NCBI GenBank assembly: GCA_013239625.1
Contig: MU057202.1
Span: 4,167,101-4,231,100 of the forward strand
DNA: 64,000 bases
Source of the DNA: Lama guanicoe
Lineage: Eukaryota
Direction: 5' to 3'
Positions 24,462 through 37,197 of the stretch are shown piece by piece. The notes beneath the pieces were generated by a model. The model was given only the letters and a program-made list of their open reading frames with translations, did not search any database and was not told the origin of the DNA. Position 1 is the stretch's first letter; each line of letters begins with the position of its first letter. The translations under genes and the position numbers were made by a program.

Positions 24462-26269
24462 AGCTACAGAACCCCTCCTGGGCCTGTCTGGTGCCCATCC
24501 TGTTGGTCACTGGCCAAAGCTGAGATGTCTCTTGTGCTCTGGAGGCCCCTAGGGTACTGCCCCTGGACCTCTCCCCACTGCTGGGCCAGCGCCACAAGGA
24601 CCATCTTCCTCCTGGCACTTCCTGGGACTTGGGGTGGCCTTGCCTGGCTGTGAGTGTGCCTGGCTCCCACCCCCCACAGGTTTTTAAGGGGAGGGGAGTG
24701 GGAGACAACTTCTTCTCATCCCCTCTTTGGCCAAGAGACCCCCACATCCTTGGGGCCAAGGCTGCTGGGCCTTGGAAATCCTGGAGGGCTCTGGGGGAGT
24801 GGCTGGCAACCAATGGTGCCTTGGCCTGAGTTCCACCTGCGGGGGTTGGTTTGGATTCTGCCTGGAGGCTCCCTCTCCCTGGTCCCTTGTCTCTTTGGGG
24901 ACCTCTGGTTGTCTTTGGCTGGGGCTGTTCACAACCGTCTCCCAAAGGCCCTGCCCAGCCTCCCGAGGTTCTCTCTCAGGGTCCTCCTCTGGCAGGGCTG
25001 GTCCAGCAGTTATCGGCTCTTCCTATGCAACACGGAAGGAAGGGGCCGTTGAGCTGTTACCCCTGGGTGGACCGGCCACTGCCCCCAACTTGTCCCAGCC
25101 CAGTTGACCCTGGTGCTCCAAGCTGGGTGGCTGGGGGTCCCACCCAAAGCAGCTGCCCTGCTTCCAGGTGTGGAGCAGGGACTGGGCCCCCGGGGTCAGG
25201 GTGGAGGGTAAGGTTCGGCAAACGGGTTGGTTGTAGCAGGTCCGGGAGGCGTTTCTCGGGATCAGGTTTGCCTGAGGAGCTCCACCCTGCTGCCACGGTG
25301 CCTGTAGGGGCTCCAGAGGACTCAGAGACCCCCAAACAGGGGCCTTTTGTTTGGGGTCCTGAGATCAGGCAAGAAGCCTTGTACATGGGGCATAGAGTGT
25401 GCAAGGCCCTGCCTCCAGCTGACAGAGGGACCCCGAGACGGAGGACTGTCCCACAGATACCTAGTGGGGGAGCTGCGTTTGGTAGGGATGCTTTTTGCTT
25501 TGGACACCCTGCCGTCCAGGGAAGGCTCAGAGGAAGAGGACGTTTCAGGACACGGCTCCCCAGTCTCTCCTGCCCTTCTCCTTGCTCTGGATGGTGCCTG
25601 GCTGTCAGCGCCCATGGCTGACACACACAGGTGGGGGCCACTTGGCTTTTAACTGGGAAGCCCAAGAGGAGAGGCTTGGCCAGCAAAAAGACCAGCTTAG
25701 CTCACTGGCTGATACGAGAGGGTGGGCAAATACAGCACCATCCCCCCCCCCCCGCCCTTGCCCCTCTGCACCACCGGGAAAACCCTACACTGTGGCTTAA
25801 GGCAGTCCCCTTGCTGTCTGTCCCGATCTGCCTCAGCACAGCCTCGCTGTGTCACAGTGAGAAGCAAACCTGCTCCCCCTTCCTCTCGGGTTGAAGAGGG
25901 AGTGAAAGGCAAGATGTCCTTTCCCTGCACCCCTAGATCTGCACATTTCTCACTGCTGTTGTAGAGATAGTGGTTATTCCTGAATTTACTGTATAATCAA
26001 CACCATATTGTTCCAGCTGCAATCACTGTGTCCATAAGAAATGTTAGGATGCTGGCATTTGCGGGACGAAGCTGGCCCTTATTTTGTTTTAACCACCCCC
26101 ACATTACCTCCTCCCCCAATACCTCTTTTCCACCTAACCCTTCTGGATGACAAATTCTTTAAACAGACTCACGTGTGGGTCGTTCTGAGTCCACACCATG
26201 GTAGCAAGAACCCACCAAGGGGAGAGCAGGAGGCTCACCCAGCTGTACCAGAGTTGCAGCTGCTGTCTC

Positions 26270-26275
26270 ATTAAA
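26270..26275 (+). terminator. Probable DEF8 polyadenylation signal ATTAAA
   Basis: ATTAAA followed about 20 nt later by GT-rich tgtggtgtgtgtgg; implies a ~1.8 kb 3'UTR. Confidence 0.55.
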
Positions 26276-27699
26276 TCTGTGTTCTCCAGACTGTGGTGTG
26301 TGTGGTGAATCGGGGACAAGGCAGGGTTCGCTGACACACAAAGCAACTGAAGGTTTAATGAAAGCCCACAGCCTTCCCCATCCAGAGGGGTCAAATATCT
26401 GGTTTGGGAAGCCCCATATATGTGGGTGTCAGATCTGGGCCTGCGGGTGCTGACTACTCCCAACCTCCAATTCCTCTGTACAATGCACTAAAACACATCC
26501 TTTGAGGGGTTGTTTGGCTTCCAGGAAGCACTGAGCCCAGCCTGAACACAGAATGCTCAGTAAATAGAAGCTGTCTTCTTTCCAGAATCCTCCTGGTGGA
26601 AAGACTGTCTTGTTAACCCAAAGTAAGCGATGATAGGGTAGCCGGTCACGCAGATCACAGGTTCAGCTCCCGGAAGCCTCTTTTGTCTTTGAAAGTTAGA
26701 CCATTGAAAGGGCCCTCACTGCAACTCAGACCCCCTCCCACTGCCCTGGGGACTTCAGGAGAGCCACATACCCCTCCCAAATTACATTCAAACCTCTGAG
26801 TGAATACATTTTCCCATGGGGATGGGAGTCTATAGTTTTGACCAGGCTCTCAAAGAAAATGTCAGGAATGTGCTTTAAGAAGGTGTCTGTAGACATCACC
26901 CGCAACCAGGCTAAGAAAGCCAGAGAGCCCAGGGGGCACAGGCACAAGGGTGGGAGGAAAGGTGTCTGCCGTCGGTGGGCCGGTGCTGGCACACGTGAGC
27001 ACACGCCTCCAACTACAAATCTCTAGAGCTACGTTTCGATAGCAGGTGGACGATGCAGTCTCCACCCACCCCTGCAGGTTATGAAACAGCCGTTTCTTAC
27101 AACCTTTTAATTTTAACAAATGTAGCTTTGCCGGAGTGTTGCAAACACATTCCCACGTACCCGTCTCCTGGATTCTCTAAATGTTTGCATTTCGCCCCAT
27201 TCCACATAGTTCCTTTATGGAGCTGTCTGGCGCTCTCTGTGTATCCCTCCCAGACAAGGACATTACCTTATAGGGCTGCACTGCGGCCATAATGTCGGGT
27301 TAGCATCAATCCGGTACCAAAAACCTACATCAGACCTTGTTCAGTTTGCCATTCACTGCATTGTCTTCAGCCTTTAACCCGCGAAGGTAGGTGACCCTCA
27401 CACAAGCACAGGCTGGTTATTTTGAAGACTGTCCTTCAGTGTGGGATTTCCTGATGGCATTCAAGCTTTGCACTTTCAGCAGGACCTTCACAGAAGTGAT
27501 GCTCTTCAGCGTGCCCTCTGTCCCCTTCCTGGAGACGCTGTGACCCGCCTGTCTCCTGTGCCCTTCTGACACTTTCTGGTCTTTTGTTAGGCACTTGCTT
27601 AGTCTAGCGCAGCAAGGCGTTCCAGGCTTACTCTATAATTTCCTCAGTCCCAGCCCTGAGACCAGTCATTTCTCCAAGGAGCCCTAGTACCTCCTGGAG

Positions 27700-29340
27700 T
27701 TCACCCTGACACTCAGAATTTCAAAAGAAGGTTCACTCTTTCCCTTTTTCATATTTGGAATTTCCTCGCTTATGCTGAGAAACCTGGCTCCATTATCCAT
27801 AACGTACTTGTTTGCTCAGTCTGGAGCAAAGTGCCTTCGGCATTGCTGACCTGTGCCAGTGGACAACCACTGACTAGCGTTTACTATGTGTTTACAGTTC
27901 TTTTTTGTCTTTACCTGAGGGCACACAGTCAAAATGCACTGGGGGTGTTTCTCCCCTTCATTGTGGGTGTGTAACTCATGTGAAATATGTTCTGTTTGTA
28001 TATTCCATTGCATTTCCCTGTCCTTGTTTACTTCTGTTTGTGCAATACAGTGACGTGGTTCCCAAAGTCAGAACTTTTTATAAGTTTTCTTATAAAAAAA
28101 CTTCACGATAGTCAGGTGTCACCCCTACCCTGCAACCCATCTCTTTCGTCTTTGATTTCTCCTTCCCATGTTTCTTTTTGTACAAATGACTAAGATACCT
28201 GTATATTTTCTTACTTCTCCTTCTTCCACAGAACATTTTATGTGTGGCCATTTTTCAATTAACAGATTTGGAAACTGCTCCATATCAACTGAGTTCTTTC
28301 TTATTCTGTCACTACCGCAGTCATCATCATTTATGTCTGCATTATATTCCATTGTGTGGAGCTGCCGTTTCACGTTTGACTACTGCATGAGACTAGCAGG
28401 CTGTTTCCTAGCTTTTGCAGTCACAAACGAGGCTGCAACAAATAATCTGTGCTTATGTATTTTCTTTTGTTGGAGGTGTATCATCAGGGAAAATCCTAAA
28501 ATCGGGATTGCTAAATCCTACAAAATCCATTTTTTATTAGTGTTTGATGCACGTCCATAAGAGATGTACCAATTTGCTTTCCCACCAGTAATGAATGAGG
28601 GTACCTGATACCCCACCAGCAGTATGTGTATTCATACTCTTTGATTATTTGATTAATGAAAAGTGGTATCTGTGTAGCTTTAATTTGCATTTCTCTGACT
28701 GACTGAGGTCAAACTTAGGCTTCAAGATCTAACTTATTTATGAGTTACATCTTCACTCCACTTTTCTATTAGATTTTTGGTATTTATTTTCCTTTCAGTC
28801 TTTAAGAATTCTTCATGTATCAGCGATATTAGCCCATTGCCTGTGAGATATTTTCTTCCTGGTGTCAGTTGCCTTGTTTGTAGTATCTTATTCTCATGGA
28901 AATGTTTTGTTCTGTTATATTTTCATATGGTCAAATTGATTCATCTTTTAAAATTTCATCTGGATTTTGAGTCATAGAAAGTCTTCCTCCACACCTGTGT
29001 CAAACAGGACAGGCATTCGTGTGTGTGTTCTGCAGTACTTGTTGGGTGTCAGTTTTTACATTCAGATCCCTCATCTGTTTCTTTATTCTTGTGTGTGCTG
29101 TGAGATATGAATTAACTGTTTCCAAATTTTAACCAGTTATCCTGCACTATTAAAAAAAAAGCCTATCTGTATCTATCTCTGAACTTTCTGTTTTACTCTA
29201 CAGATTGGAATACTACACGGACTTAATCACAGACGCTTCATGGTGTGTTTTAATGTCCAGCAGGGCTAGTCTCCTCATAGTTTGCTTTAAATAACTTTTC
29301 CTCGGTATTCTTTTATGCAACCTTTTTCAAGCACATATTT
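27700..29340 (-). mobile_element. Old L1 (L1M-type) fragments between DEF8 and CENPBD1
   Basis: T-rich, with antisense L1 motifs (ccaatttgctttcccaccag, gtggtatct..ttttaatttgcatttctctgact); boundaries approximate. Confidence 0.55.
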
Positions 29341-29482
29341 AAGTAAAATTTTTATGACAAAAGTTGATGCTCTCAAGTGTCAAAATGAAAATACCAGAAA
29401 CAGGGTTTCCAGGGATGTTACAGATCTGGGAGCGGAGGCGTGGCTGGCCTCACCCACCGAGGTCACAGGCCCTGAAGACAGA

Positions 29483-31114
29483 CTAGGACAGCTGCTGCTT
29501 TGAGCGCCGCTCTTTCTCACTGTGCAGCTCCCTGTAGCAGGTGATTGCATCACTGACTGCTCTTGAAACTTGCAGCGTCCACTCATCACCGGGGCTTCCA
29601 CTGGTGAGGACCTGCAGGCCCGCCTCGAAATGTGACAAGGCGGCCGACAGCTCTGTGGTGGTCAGCTGACGCAGGACAGGGGCAGCATCGTCACTGTCCT
29701 CCTCTCTTGCCGGCTGCTGTTCCAGCTGCATCAGCTCCTCATTCGAGAGATCTTCCTCATGGGAGCACAGCAGCTGGTCCACCGCAGCTCCCAGCACCTC
29801 TCCAAGAGCCACATTCTGGGCAAGGGTCACAATATTTTGTCGAAGTTGTGCAATGTTGTCTGTTTGGGAAACACTCTGGAACTGAACACACTCTGGCCAA
29901 ATCTTCTTCCACACGCTATTCATTGTTGCCGGTCTGAGCTCTTCCCAAGCTACTGCAATGTTGTCCACAGCATCCATGATGTTGTAGTTTCTCCAAAACT
30001 CCCTGATTATAGCTGTATCCTCCCCATCTGTGGCTTCTAGGATGTGCTCAAAAGTCCTTCTCAGGTAATGAGCTTTGAAGGCAGAGGCTACACCTTGACC
30101 CATGGGCTGGATCAGGTCAGCTGTACTGTCATGAAGATATTCCACTCTCACGTTATCAGACAGATCGCTCAAATTTACTGGGTGGCACGGTGCACTGTCT
30201 AAGATGAGCAGTGCTTTGTTAGTGAGATTATTTTGGGCACAGTATTTTTCAACTGCAGGGCAAAAAAAGTACGTAAACCATTCATGAAAGATGCTCCTGG
30301 TTGCCCAGGCCTTTTTGTTTGAGCGCCAAATTACTGGCAGATTGGGCTTGGAGTACCCCTTCAGAGCCTTGGGGTTTTCTGAGTGGTACACCAGTAAGGG
30401 CTTCAACTTGAAGTCCCCAGCTGCGTTGCCACCGAGCAGCAGCATCAGGCGTTCTCTGCATGACTTAAAGCCTGGCTCAGCTTTCTCTTCTACTGAAAGG
30501 AACGTTCCTTCAGGCATTCTTTTCCAATACAGACCTGTCTCATCTACATTAAAAACTTGCTGGGGGGTGTACTCACCTTCTTGGATAATGCTTTTCAGTA
30601 TTTCTGGATAGATATCCTTGTTGCCAGCGGCTGTGAGGTTCCTCTTGAAGTGAGGCAAACAATGGCGCTCCTTGAATCTCACAAACCACCCTTTACTTGC
30701 ACTAAACTTCTCTGTTTGAGAACTTTCACCCTGTTCACGCTGCAAGTCATCAAACAAACTCTTAGCCTTCTCCTGAATAACTGCGACACTCACGGGCACG
30801 TTTCGCTGGCTCTGGTCTTCAAGCCACACACGCAATAGGCGCTCCATGGTCTCCATGATTGCACTTCGGTGGCGAGTCAATCGAGAGGCTCTCAAGGGAG
30901 TAGCTATTTGTGAACTCGCTTTGATTTTCTCTTTATTATCTCGGATCGTTGCCACTGTGGAGACAGCGAGGCCTAAGGTCTTTGCAATTTGGCTGAGCTT
31001 TTCACCCACTTCAAATCGTCTTAACACTTCTAATTTTATGTCGAGCGTAATTGCCTTCCGTTCCCTTTTGGCACTCGGGGTGACCATTGCATTTAGGGGC
31101 CTTTTCCTAGGCAT
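29483..31114 (-). CDS. CENPBD1: CENPB DNA-binding domain containing 1: intact single-exon Tigger/pogo transposase-derived protein, 543 aa (CENP-B_N HTH, HTH_Tnp_Tc5, DDE_1)
   Basis: First ATG at 31114 (the ORF-track start at 31249 is GTG). [38 protein letters not shown] (HTH); [15 protein letters not shown]; [12 protein letters not shown]; [11 protein letters not shown]; QPMGQG. Syntenic position between DEF8 and AFG3L1. Confidence 0.9.
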   Translation of the reverse strand: MPRKRPLNAMVTPSAKRERKAITLDIKLEVLRRFEVGEKLSQIAKTLGLAVSTVATIRDNKEKIKASSQIATPLRASRLTRHRSAIMETMERLLRVWLEDQSQRNVPVSVAVIQEKAKSLFDDLQREQGESSQTEKFSASKGWFVRFKERHCLPHFKRNLTAAGNKDIYPEILKSIIQEGEYTPQQVFNVDETGLYWKRMPEGTFLSVEEKAEPGFKSCRERLMLLLGGNAAGDFKLKPLLVYHSENPKALKGYSKPNLPVIWRSNKKAWATRSIFHEWFTYFFCPAVEKYCAQNNLTNKALLILDSAPCHPVNLSDLSDNVRVEYLHDSTADLIQPMGQGVASAFKAHYLRRTFEHILEATDGEDTAIIREFWRNYNIMDAVDNIAVAWEELRPATMNSVWKKIWPECVQFQSVSQTDNIAQLRQNIVTLAQNVALGEVLGAAVDQLLCSHEEDLSNEELMQLEQQPAREEDSDDAAPVLRQLTTTELSAALSHFEAGLQVLTSGSPGDEWTLQVSRAVSDAITCYRELHSEKERRSKQQLS

Positions 31115-31399
31115 CTCTGCCTCCAGAATGTACTGAAATGACAGCAGTCCCCGGTGCAAGAAAGCCTGTGGTTCCTCTATGCTCCCTTGCAGAACTAGGG
31201 AAAGCGAAAATGGGGCTTCGAGGAGGCGCAGGCTGACGACCTCGGACACGGGAAAGGGTCACCACAGGCCTGCCTAGCCACGCTGCCCAGAAACAGAGCA
31301 GTTCATTCTGCCCTGGGCAGTGTGGGCCTCCAGTATCAATCAGCGTCCAAATTCCTGGAAAGCAGGCACATCTAAACTGGCGTGTGCCTCCGTGATGCA

Positions 31400-32420
31400 G
31401 AACACAGAAATCCGTGCAAAAGAATAGCGCCGCCGGGCGGCGCACGGCGCACAGGCTCCCAGGTCCCGGAGGAAGCTCAGGAAAGCAGGCCAGCGCGCCG
31501 CCGCCGGCCTTCGCTTTGTGAGCCGCTTCCCAGGGAGGACCCCAGAAATGGGTGTTCTTGGAGATGCCCGATTTAAAATAAGTCTCGGGCCGCTGGCCAT
31601 CCTCTTAGCGCCTCGCTCGAGCCGGCCACTGGGGTTCCGGCGCCCAGCTGTCTGGGCAGGGCAAGCAGCGCTCACGTTCGTATCCTAAAGAGTCGGGCAA
31701 TAGAGTAGACACCTAACGAGAGGCCCCGGGAGCGCGCCCTGTCCTTACTGCGCACGCGTGAGGCTTCGCCGAGGTCGGCGCGGGGGCGTGGCGCCTTATG
31801 ACCTATTTGCCGCAATACTGCGCCTGCGCGCGCCCGAGCGGCGCGAGGTCAGGGTTGGAAATGTTGCAGTGGCTGGCGGCATGTCGGTGGCCGGGCCGCT
31901 CGCCGTGCTGTGGCGATGCGGCGGTGGCCCGCGAGGCGGCAGGACGGCCCGGGCAGGCTCGAGGGCCCTCGGAGCCGCCCGGCAGCTGTGCGGGGAGGTG
32001 CTGGCTCCCCGCCGGATCCGGGGGGCGGGAGTGGGGGGGGGGCGGCCGCGCTCGTCGCCGCGGTGACGCCATCCAGGTGCGCCGGCCGGCGCGGTGGGGC
32101 GCCGTGCAGGAACACGGTGAGAGAACGCGAGGGGAGCTCGGGAGCCGAGGGGCTGCGACCTCACGTCCGGCCGTGCGGCCCCGGGCTCCTCCCCGGCCCT
32201 GCGGCCGAGGCGGCTGCCCCTGGCCGGAACCTGTCTCCCTCTGTTCTCTGAGCCCCCGCCCTTCTCCCTGCGGCGCCTTCCGCCCTTGGAAAATTCCCGC
32301 TGCCCCTGCCTCCTTATTGCCCTCCCCAAGGAGCCCCACGTTGAGTGCACTGCGTTCAAGCCTCGCTCCACTGCGAACCTGCCCTGTCTTCTCGGGCACT
32401 CGCTCCGACTGCGAAGTGGT
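31400..32420. promoter_or_regulatory. Bidirectional CpG-island promoter shared by CENPBD1 (-) and AFG3L1 (+)
   Basis: Very high CpG density; the two start codons are ~750 bp apart, head-to-head; NRF1-like TGCGCACGCG (31749) and TGCGCCTGCGCG (31819). Confidence 0.8.
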
Positions 32421-35400
32421 GTCCTCCTGGGCTCAGCGGTAGTACTACCTCTGCTCTGTCAGTCTCGCAGAGTTGCTCTCCTATATGAAGATGGACATGA
32501 AGGAGTTTTATAAAGTGTTAACATAGTTGTTATTCATCGTTTTTGGAGCCCAGTTCCATCACTGTAATAATAGCTTACACTGTTTGAGGGCTTCCGTGCT
32601 AAGGGCTCTACAGGAATTATTTTATTTGAGTCATAACAATACTGCGGGTAGGCGCTTGTATAATCCCATTTTATAGAAGAGGAAATATAAGACCGCAGCT
32701 GGTCGGCTGCTGCTCCAGCCTCTTCACTTTTAGATACTTCTGTACTGTACGCCCTCCCCTGGGTTCGGTACTGTGAAATATTATTCCACATTTTACGGTT
32801 GCTTTTTTTCTTTTTTCTTTTTTGTATTGATATAGCCTTAGGGTGCTGTCACATTGAAGGACCTCAGTGGTTTTGGTTGTGAAGGGAAGAAGTTGGATGA
32901 TTTTTGAGTTCCTTCCCAGACTCTGTTATTCATCTGTTGAGTCTCCTAGCTGGGTGACATCATGGTGAGCAGGACAGGCAAGGGCTCTGCCCGGTTAACT
33001 GCTCTGCTTTGAGGGCTTGGTGATTTGTAGGCTGAGGGGCCATGCAAAGGCTGAGGGCGAAGTAGCAGTCAGCACTGTAGGTAAAGGATATACCCGTGCA
33101 GTCTGCACTCATCAGGTGGAACCCTATGTTCTGGAAGCTTCTGTGCAGGTATTTTTTCATTCAGTGAGTTTCCTGCACTGCCCCTGCCACCCAAGAGGGG
33201 GAACCAGACAACAAGCACGTATATAGCATGAAGGTGGTTTTACGAGGTGTGAAGGAAGAGAAGATAGAGCAAAGGCAGTGAGAATGAAGAGAAGGGAGTG
33301 GAGGAGAATGAATGCCACTTTGTCTCAGGTGGGATAGTCGGCTCCTGAAGGGAGGAGGGTACTGAGCGGTGGCTCGCCAGCAGGTGGACGAGGGTTGGTG
33401 AGGCTGCACGTGAGTGACTCTGATACACAGACCAGGGTCCCTTGATGTGTGATCTGGCGCAGAAAGGACAGTGGTGCTTTGCCTGTCAGCAATGGGGCAG
33501 CCTTGCTGAGCCAGCTTCATGTCTTGGCTTTGCTTATGCAAAGACCAATTTAGAAAGCTCATCTAAACCAAATGCCAAGAATGGATAGTAGACCCCTGTC
33601 TTTGAGAGTTGCAGCCTACCGAATGTGGTCCCCTGACTAATCAGAAAAGGATTAGATCTCAAAGAAAAAGAGTTGGATGTTTTATCAAGTTTTGGGTACT
33701 GAAGTGTCGTCCTTTGTACCTCTAGGGTTGTAGACCACCTGACACTGCTGTCGAGCCACCTGCATCGCGCTGATTCTGGAGAGACCTGGGAGGTTTGGGC
33801 ACCAGAGTCCTCATTGTGTACCTCCGGCTCTGGGTTATCGTACCTCAGGCACTTGTGGACCGCTCTGCACTTCTGCTTGTCTGCCCTGCAGTGGGAACAG
33901 TGGCAAGTACTTTCTCAGCAGGGGCATTGAGGGTCGGAGGAGGTGACAGAAGCACCTGGCGCACATCCGGTGCCTAGGGACCTGTGCTCCTTCATCTAAA
34001 TCTCTTTTCCCGGTGACGTGCCTCTGTGACGTCAGGTCCTCGTTCTGCTGTGCACGGTGACTGGCTGCAGCAGGGAGGTTCATTCCCAGTGCAGAAGTTT
34101 CAGGATCCCCAACACCGTTACCTGTGGCTTCTTTCTGAGTCCCCCTGCATAGATTTTCCCCGATTTTAACGTCTTTCTCATAGCTTACCTTACTTTTTAG
34201 TTCTTCTGGTCTTTGATAGGCGTATTTGAATACTTTGGCTTAGTAGCAAATTAATCATTAGGGAATGAGTTTACTTTGAAGAGTGCACTGCCTCACCGTG
34301 AAAGACAGCATGGCTGGAATAACACAGTTGTCACCCGCAGACCCGGCTTCATTAGGATAAAACACTGGGGCCATCCCGATCTGCGGCTGGGTTGGACTTC
34401 TCTGAGCACAGTCAGCACTGTGAGTGTGGTTGGTTCTGTCTTTTCAGTGTGGTGGCTTTTCTTGTGCCTGCTTTTGCTCTGGTGGCTTTCTTCTACAATA
34501 GTGGAAACTGAAATGTCTCTAGTCCTGTCCTTGACTGGTGTTAAGTACTGTTAGCAGCTTTTGGTAAAAGCTGTCATTTTCCACTTTGAGGACTAAAGAA
34601 AATACAGGGTCTGGAAAAATGTTTGCTTTCCTGACAAAAACACTTATCTTTGGCTGAATAAAGATAAATTGTAGTACCCTTTGGTTTTTAAATTTCACAT
34701 GATTTTAATGTTAGAGTAACTTTTTTTTTTTTGAGGCTGTAATATTTTCAGTGAGCAAAATTGCCTTGGGCAAGAGGTGATTAGTGTGCTTTTGTTTGAC
34801 AGCTGTAGCTATGAAAATTTGTCATGCATTTCTACATTGAATTTATTTTCCACTCATCCTGTTTGAATCATATGATAGACAAGGGCGTCCGGGTTATACC
34901 TCAGCCCGAATCCTGGCCCCTTTGGACCTGTAATGGCCACTGTGAGAAAATGCCCCATGGTATTGCAGAAGCAGCTAATTGTCTCTCGAGTTTCAATGCC
35001 TCTAGGGAACCTGCTTTCAGCAGCTGGCTCTGCAGACGAGACCGCCGTCATTTTCCTAGTGGCTGTGTTCAGAACCATCCAGAGGTACCTGTCTTTCCCC
35101 TTGCATCACTGACAGCACAAGGCTTATGGGAACTGAGTGTGGCTTCCTCTGTATCCTCCGTAGTGGGGAACTGGGGACAGGGTGCACGACCAGGAGGCTC
35201 TGTGCCCCGCCTTAGCTTCCACACTGAGTTACATTTAGCTCATCCTGTTTCTGGGTCACCTCTACATATTTATGGTTTTGATATATCGTTGAAGACGGTG
35301 AAAGAGAAACTTCCAGGAGGAAGTTGCTTGATAAATCTTCAGGGTTGCATGGGAGCAAACCTTTGTTCCTGTGCATCTGAGGGCTGGTTAGGCCAAATCT

Positions 35401-36444
35401 CATGTTCAGAAAGCAGATAAGAGATGCTGTGCAGACTCAGTTAGTTTGGAGCCCATGTGCCCCTCAGAGCAGGCTGTGGGCTGTGCTCGGTGTGTCTCGG
35501 GAGACCCCGTGTGTGGAGCTTCAGGTGCAGAGCAGAGTGTGCTGGCAACCAGGAGGTGCGTGCTGATCCACCAAGCAGAAGTCCTAAAGAAAACTGGCTT
35601 CTCCCTAACCCTTCCTACCCTGCTCTGATACTGTGGTTGCTGCGGTGAGTGTGATGTGTGCTTTCAGAGTGCCCGAACCTCATCATCTTGTCCCTATAGG
35701 GTTGAGAAATTATGTAATAGGAGTAGAAGGAAAAGTGACGGAAGATAAAAGGGACAGTTGGGTGGATCAGATTGTCCCTGTTTCACATGTGAGAATTTTT
35801 AAAGCATTCATTAATTTTGGGTTAATCTTGGAGCTGGTGAGCAGGTGGGCCACGCGTGGGTGGTGGTGGCTTCCCTTCCCTTCGCTCTTGTGGGCATGGC
35901 CACGTTCCCTTCCTTTGTCCCTGGTGCTCCCCACTCCACAGCCTGTGCAGTTGGAAGCCTTGACAAGTCTATCCTCTCAGTTATATCTCAGTCTGGTGAA
36001 GTTGGTGTCTCCCTGGGAACTGTGTCCTGCTCGGGCCCCATGAGTGCAGGGTGGATAGAGGCCTGCAGAAGCACCTTGGGGGTGCACTTACATGATTTAC
36101 TACAAACAGAAGACTTCTTTGGAGACTTGTGTTTTGTTTTTAACATTTATGCAGATTTCCACCCTGTCCCATAATATGTTTTTGGCCATTCCCCGGGTCA
36201 TCATGGCCTTCGGGCTTCCATGGCTCTGTGTTGGCCTTGCTCAGTGCTGGCATGTACGTCAGGGGCAGGTCTGTGCTGGTGTCATCCTGGAACTTCTGTG
36301 GGTGTTGTGCATCTGCTGGTTGTTGCCTAGCTATGGACGAGTAGCCTGGCTGAGAAGGTGATTTCTGTCTCAAGCCTCTGTCTGACCACCTTTTCTTTAC
36401 TCAGGGGAATGATTTTTTTTCCTGTTTTGGGTTAGTTTCCCAAG

Positions 36445-37197
36445 TTTTTATGGAAAAACCTGTTCTGTGAGTCTCCTCACTCTCGGTACGTCACTCTTCA
36501 CTTCTTCACCCACCAGGAGGTTCTGCAACACCAGCTGGGTGTCCTGCAGCTGTAACACACACACTTCAGATGCCAGTCACACATCCCGGTGGTTACCTGC
36601 CTTACTGACCAAACTTGCTTCCCATGACCCCCTTCTCTGGTTTGGTTAATTTGCTGGAGTGGTTCACTGGAGTCAGGATACCCGTTTGCTTGCTAGATTA
36701 TTGGTTTATTGCAAAGGACTTTAAAGGGTATGAAGGAACAGCCAGATAGGGAAGTGCACAGGGCAGGTTTGGGAACAGCCCCCAGCACAGGAGCTTCTGT
36801 CCTGGGGAACATGGGGTGCACCACCCGCCAGCATGTGGGTGTGCTCTTGTCTGCCAGCCTGGTAGCTCTCTGAACTCTGTCCTTTTGGGTTTTATGGGGG
36901 GTTCCATTGCACAGGCATGACTGAGGAAATCGTTAGCCATTGGTGATTGATTCAAAATACAGCTCCACTCCCCCTTCTCGGAGGTGTGTAGGGTAGAGTT
37001 GAAAGTTCCAACCCTCCAGTCCCCATCACTGGAGTTTTTCCAGAAGTCACCAACACGAACTCTGGTGTGGTCGAAAGGGTCTTATGAACAACAGAAGGTG
37101 TCTTTCTCTCTCTTTCCGCTTGAGAAGCTACAAGGGTTTTGGGAGCTCCTTCCTGGAAGAGCAAATGTACATTTCTTATTAAAAAGCGAGTATCACA
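36445..37197 (-). mobile_element. MER21-like LTR in an AFG3L1P intron
   Basis: ggttaatttgctggagtggttcac, ggtttattgcaaagga, ttagccattggtgattgattca, ending tatcaca; boundaries approximate. Confidence 0.6.

Noticed and set aside
29483-31114. Active or recent Tigger transposon
   Set aside because: No TIR/TA boundaries found, third catalytic Asp missing, and it occupies the known syntenic CENPBD1 position.
31115-31249. 45-aa N-terminal extension of CENPBD1 in the ORF track (588 aa)
   Set aside because: It starts at GTG and has no transposase-like character; the first ATG (31114) directly precedes the HTH domain.
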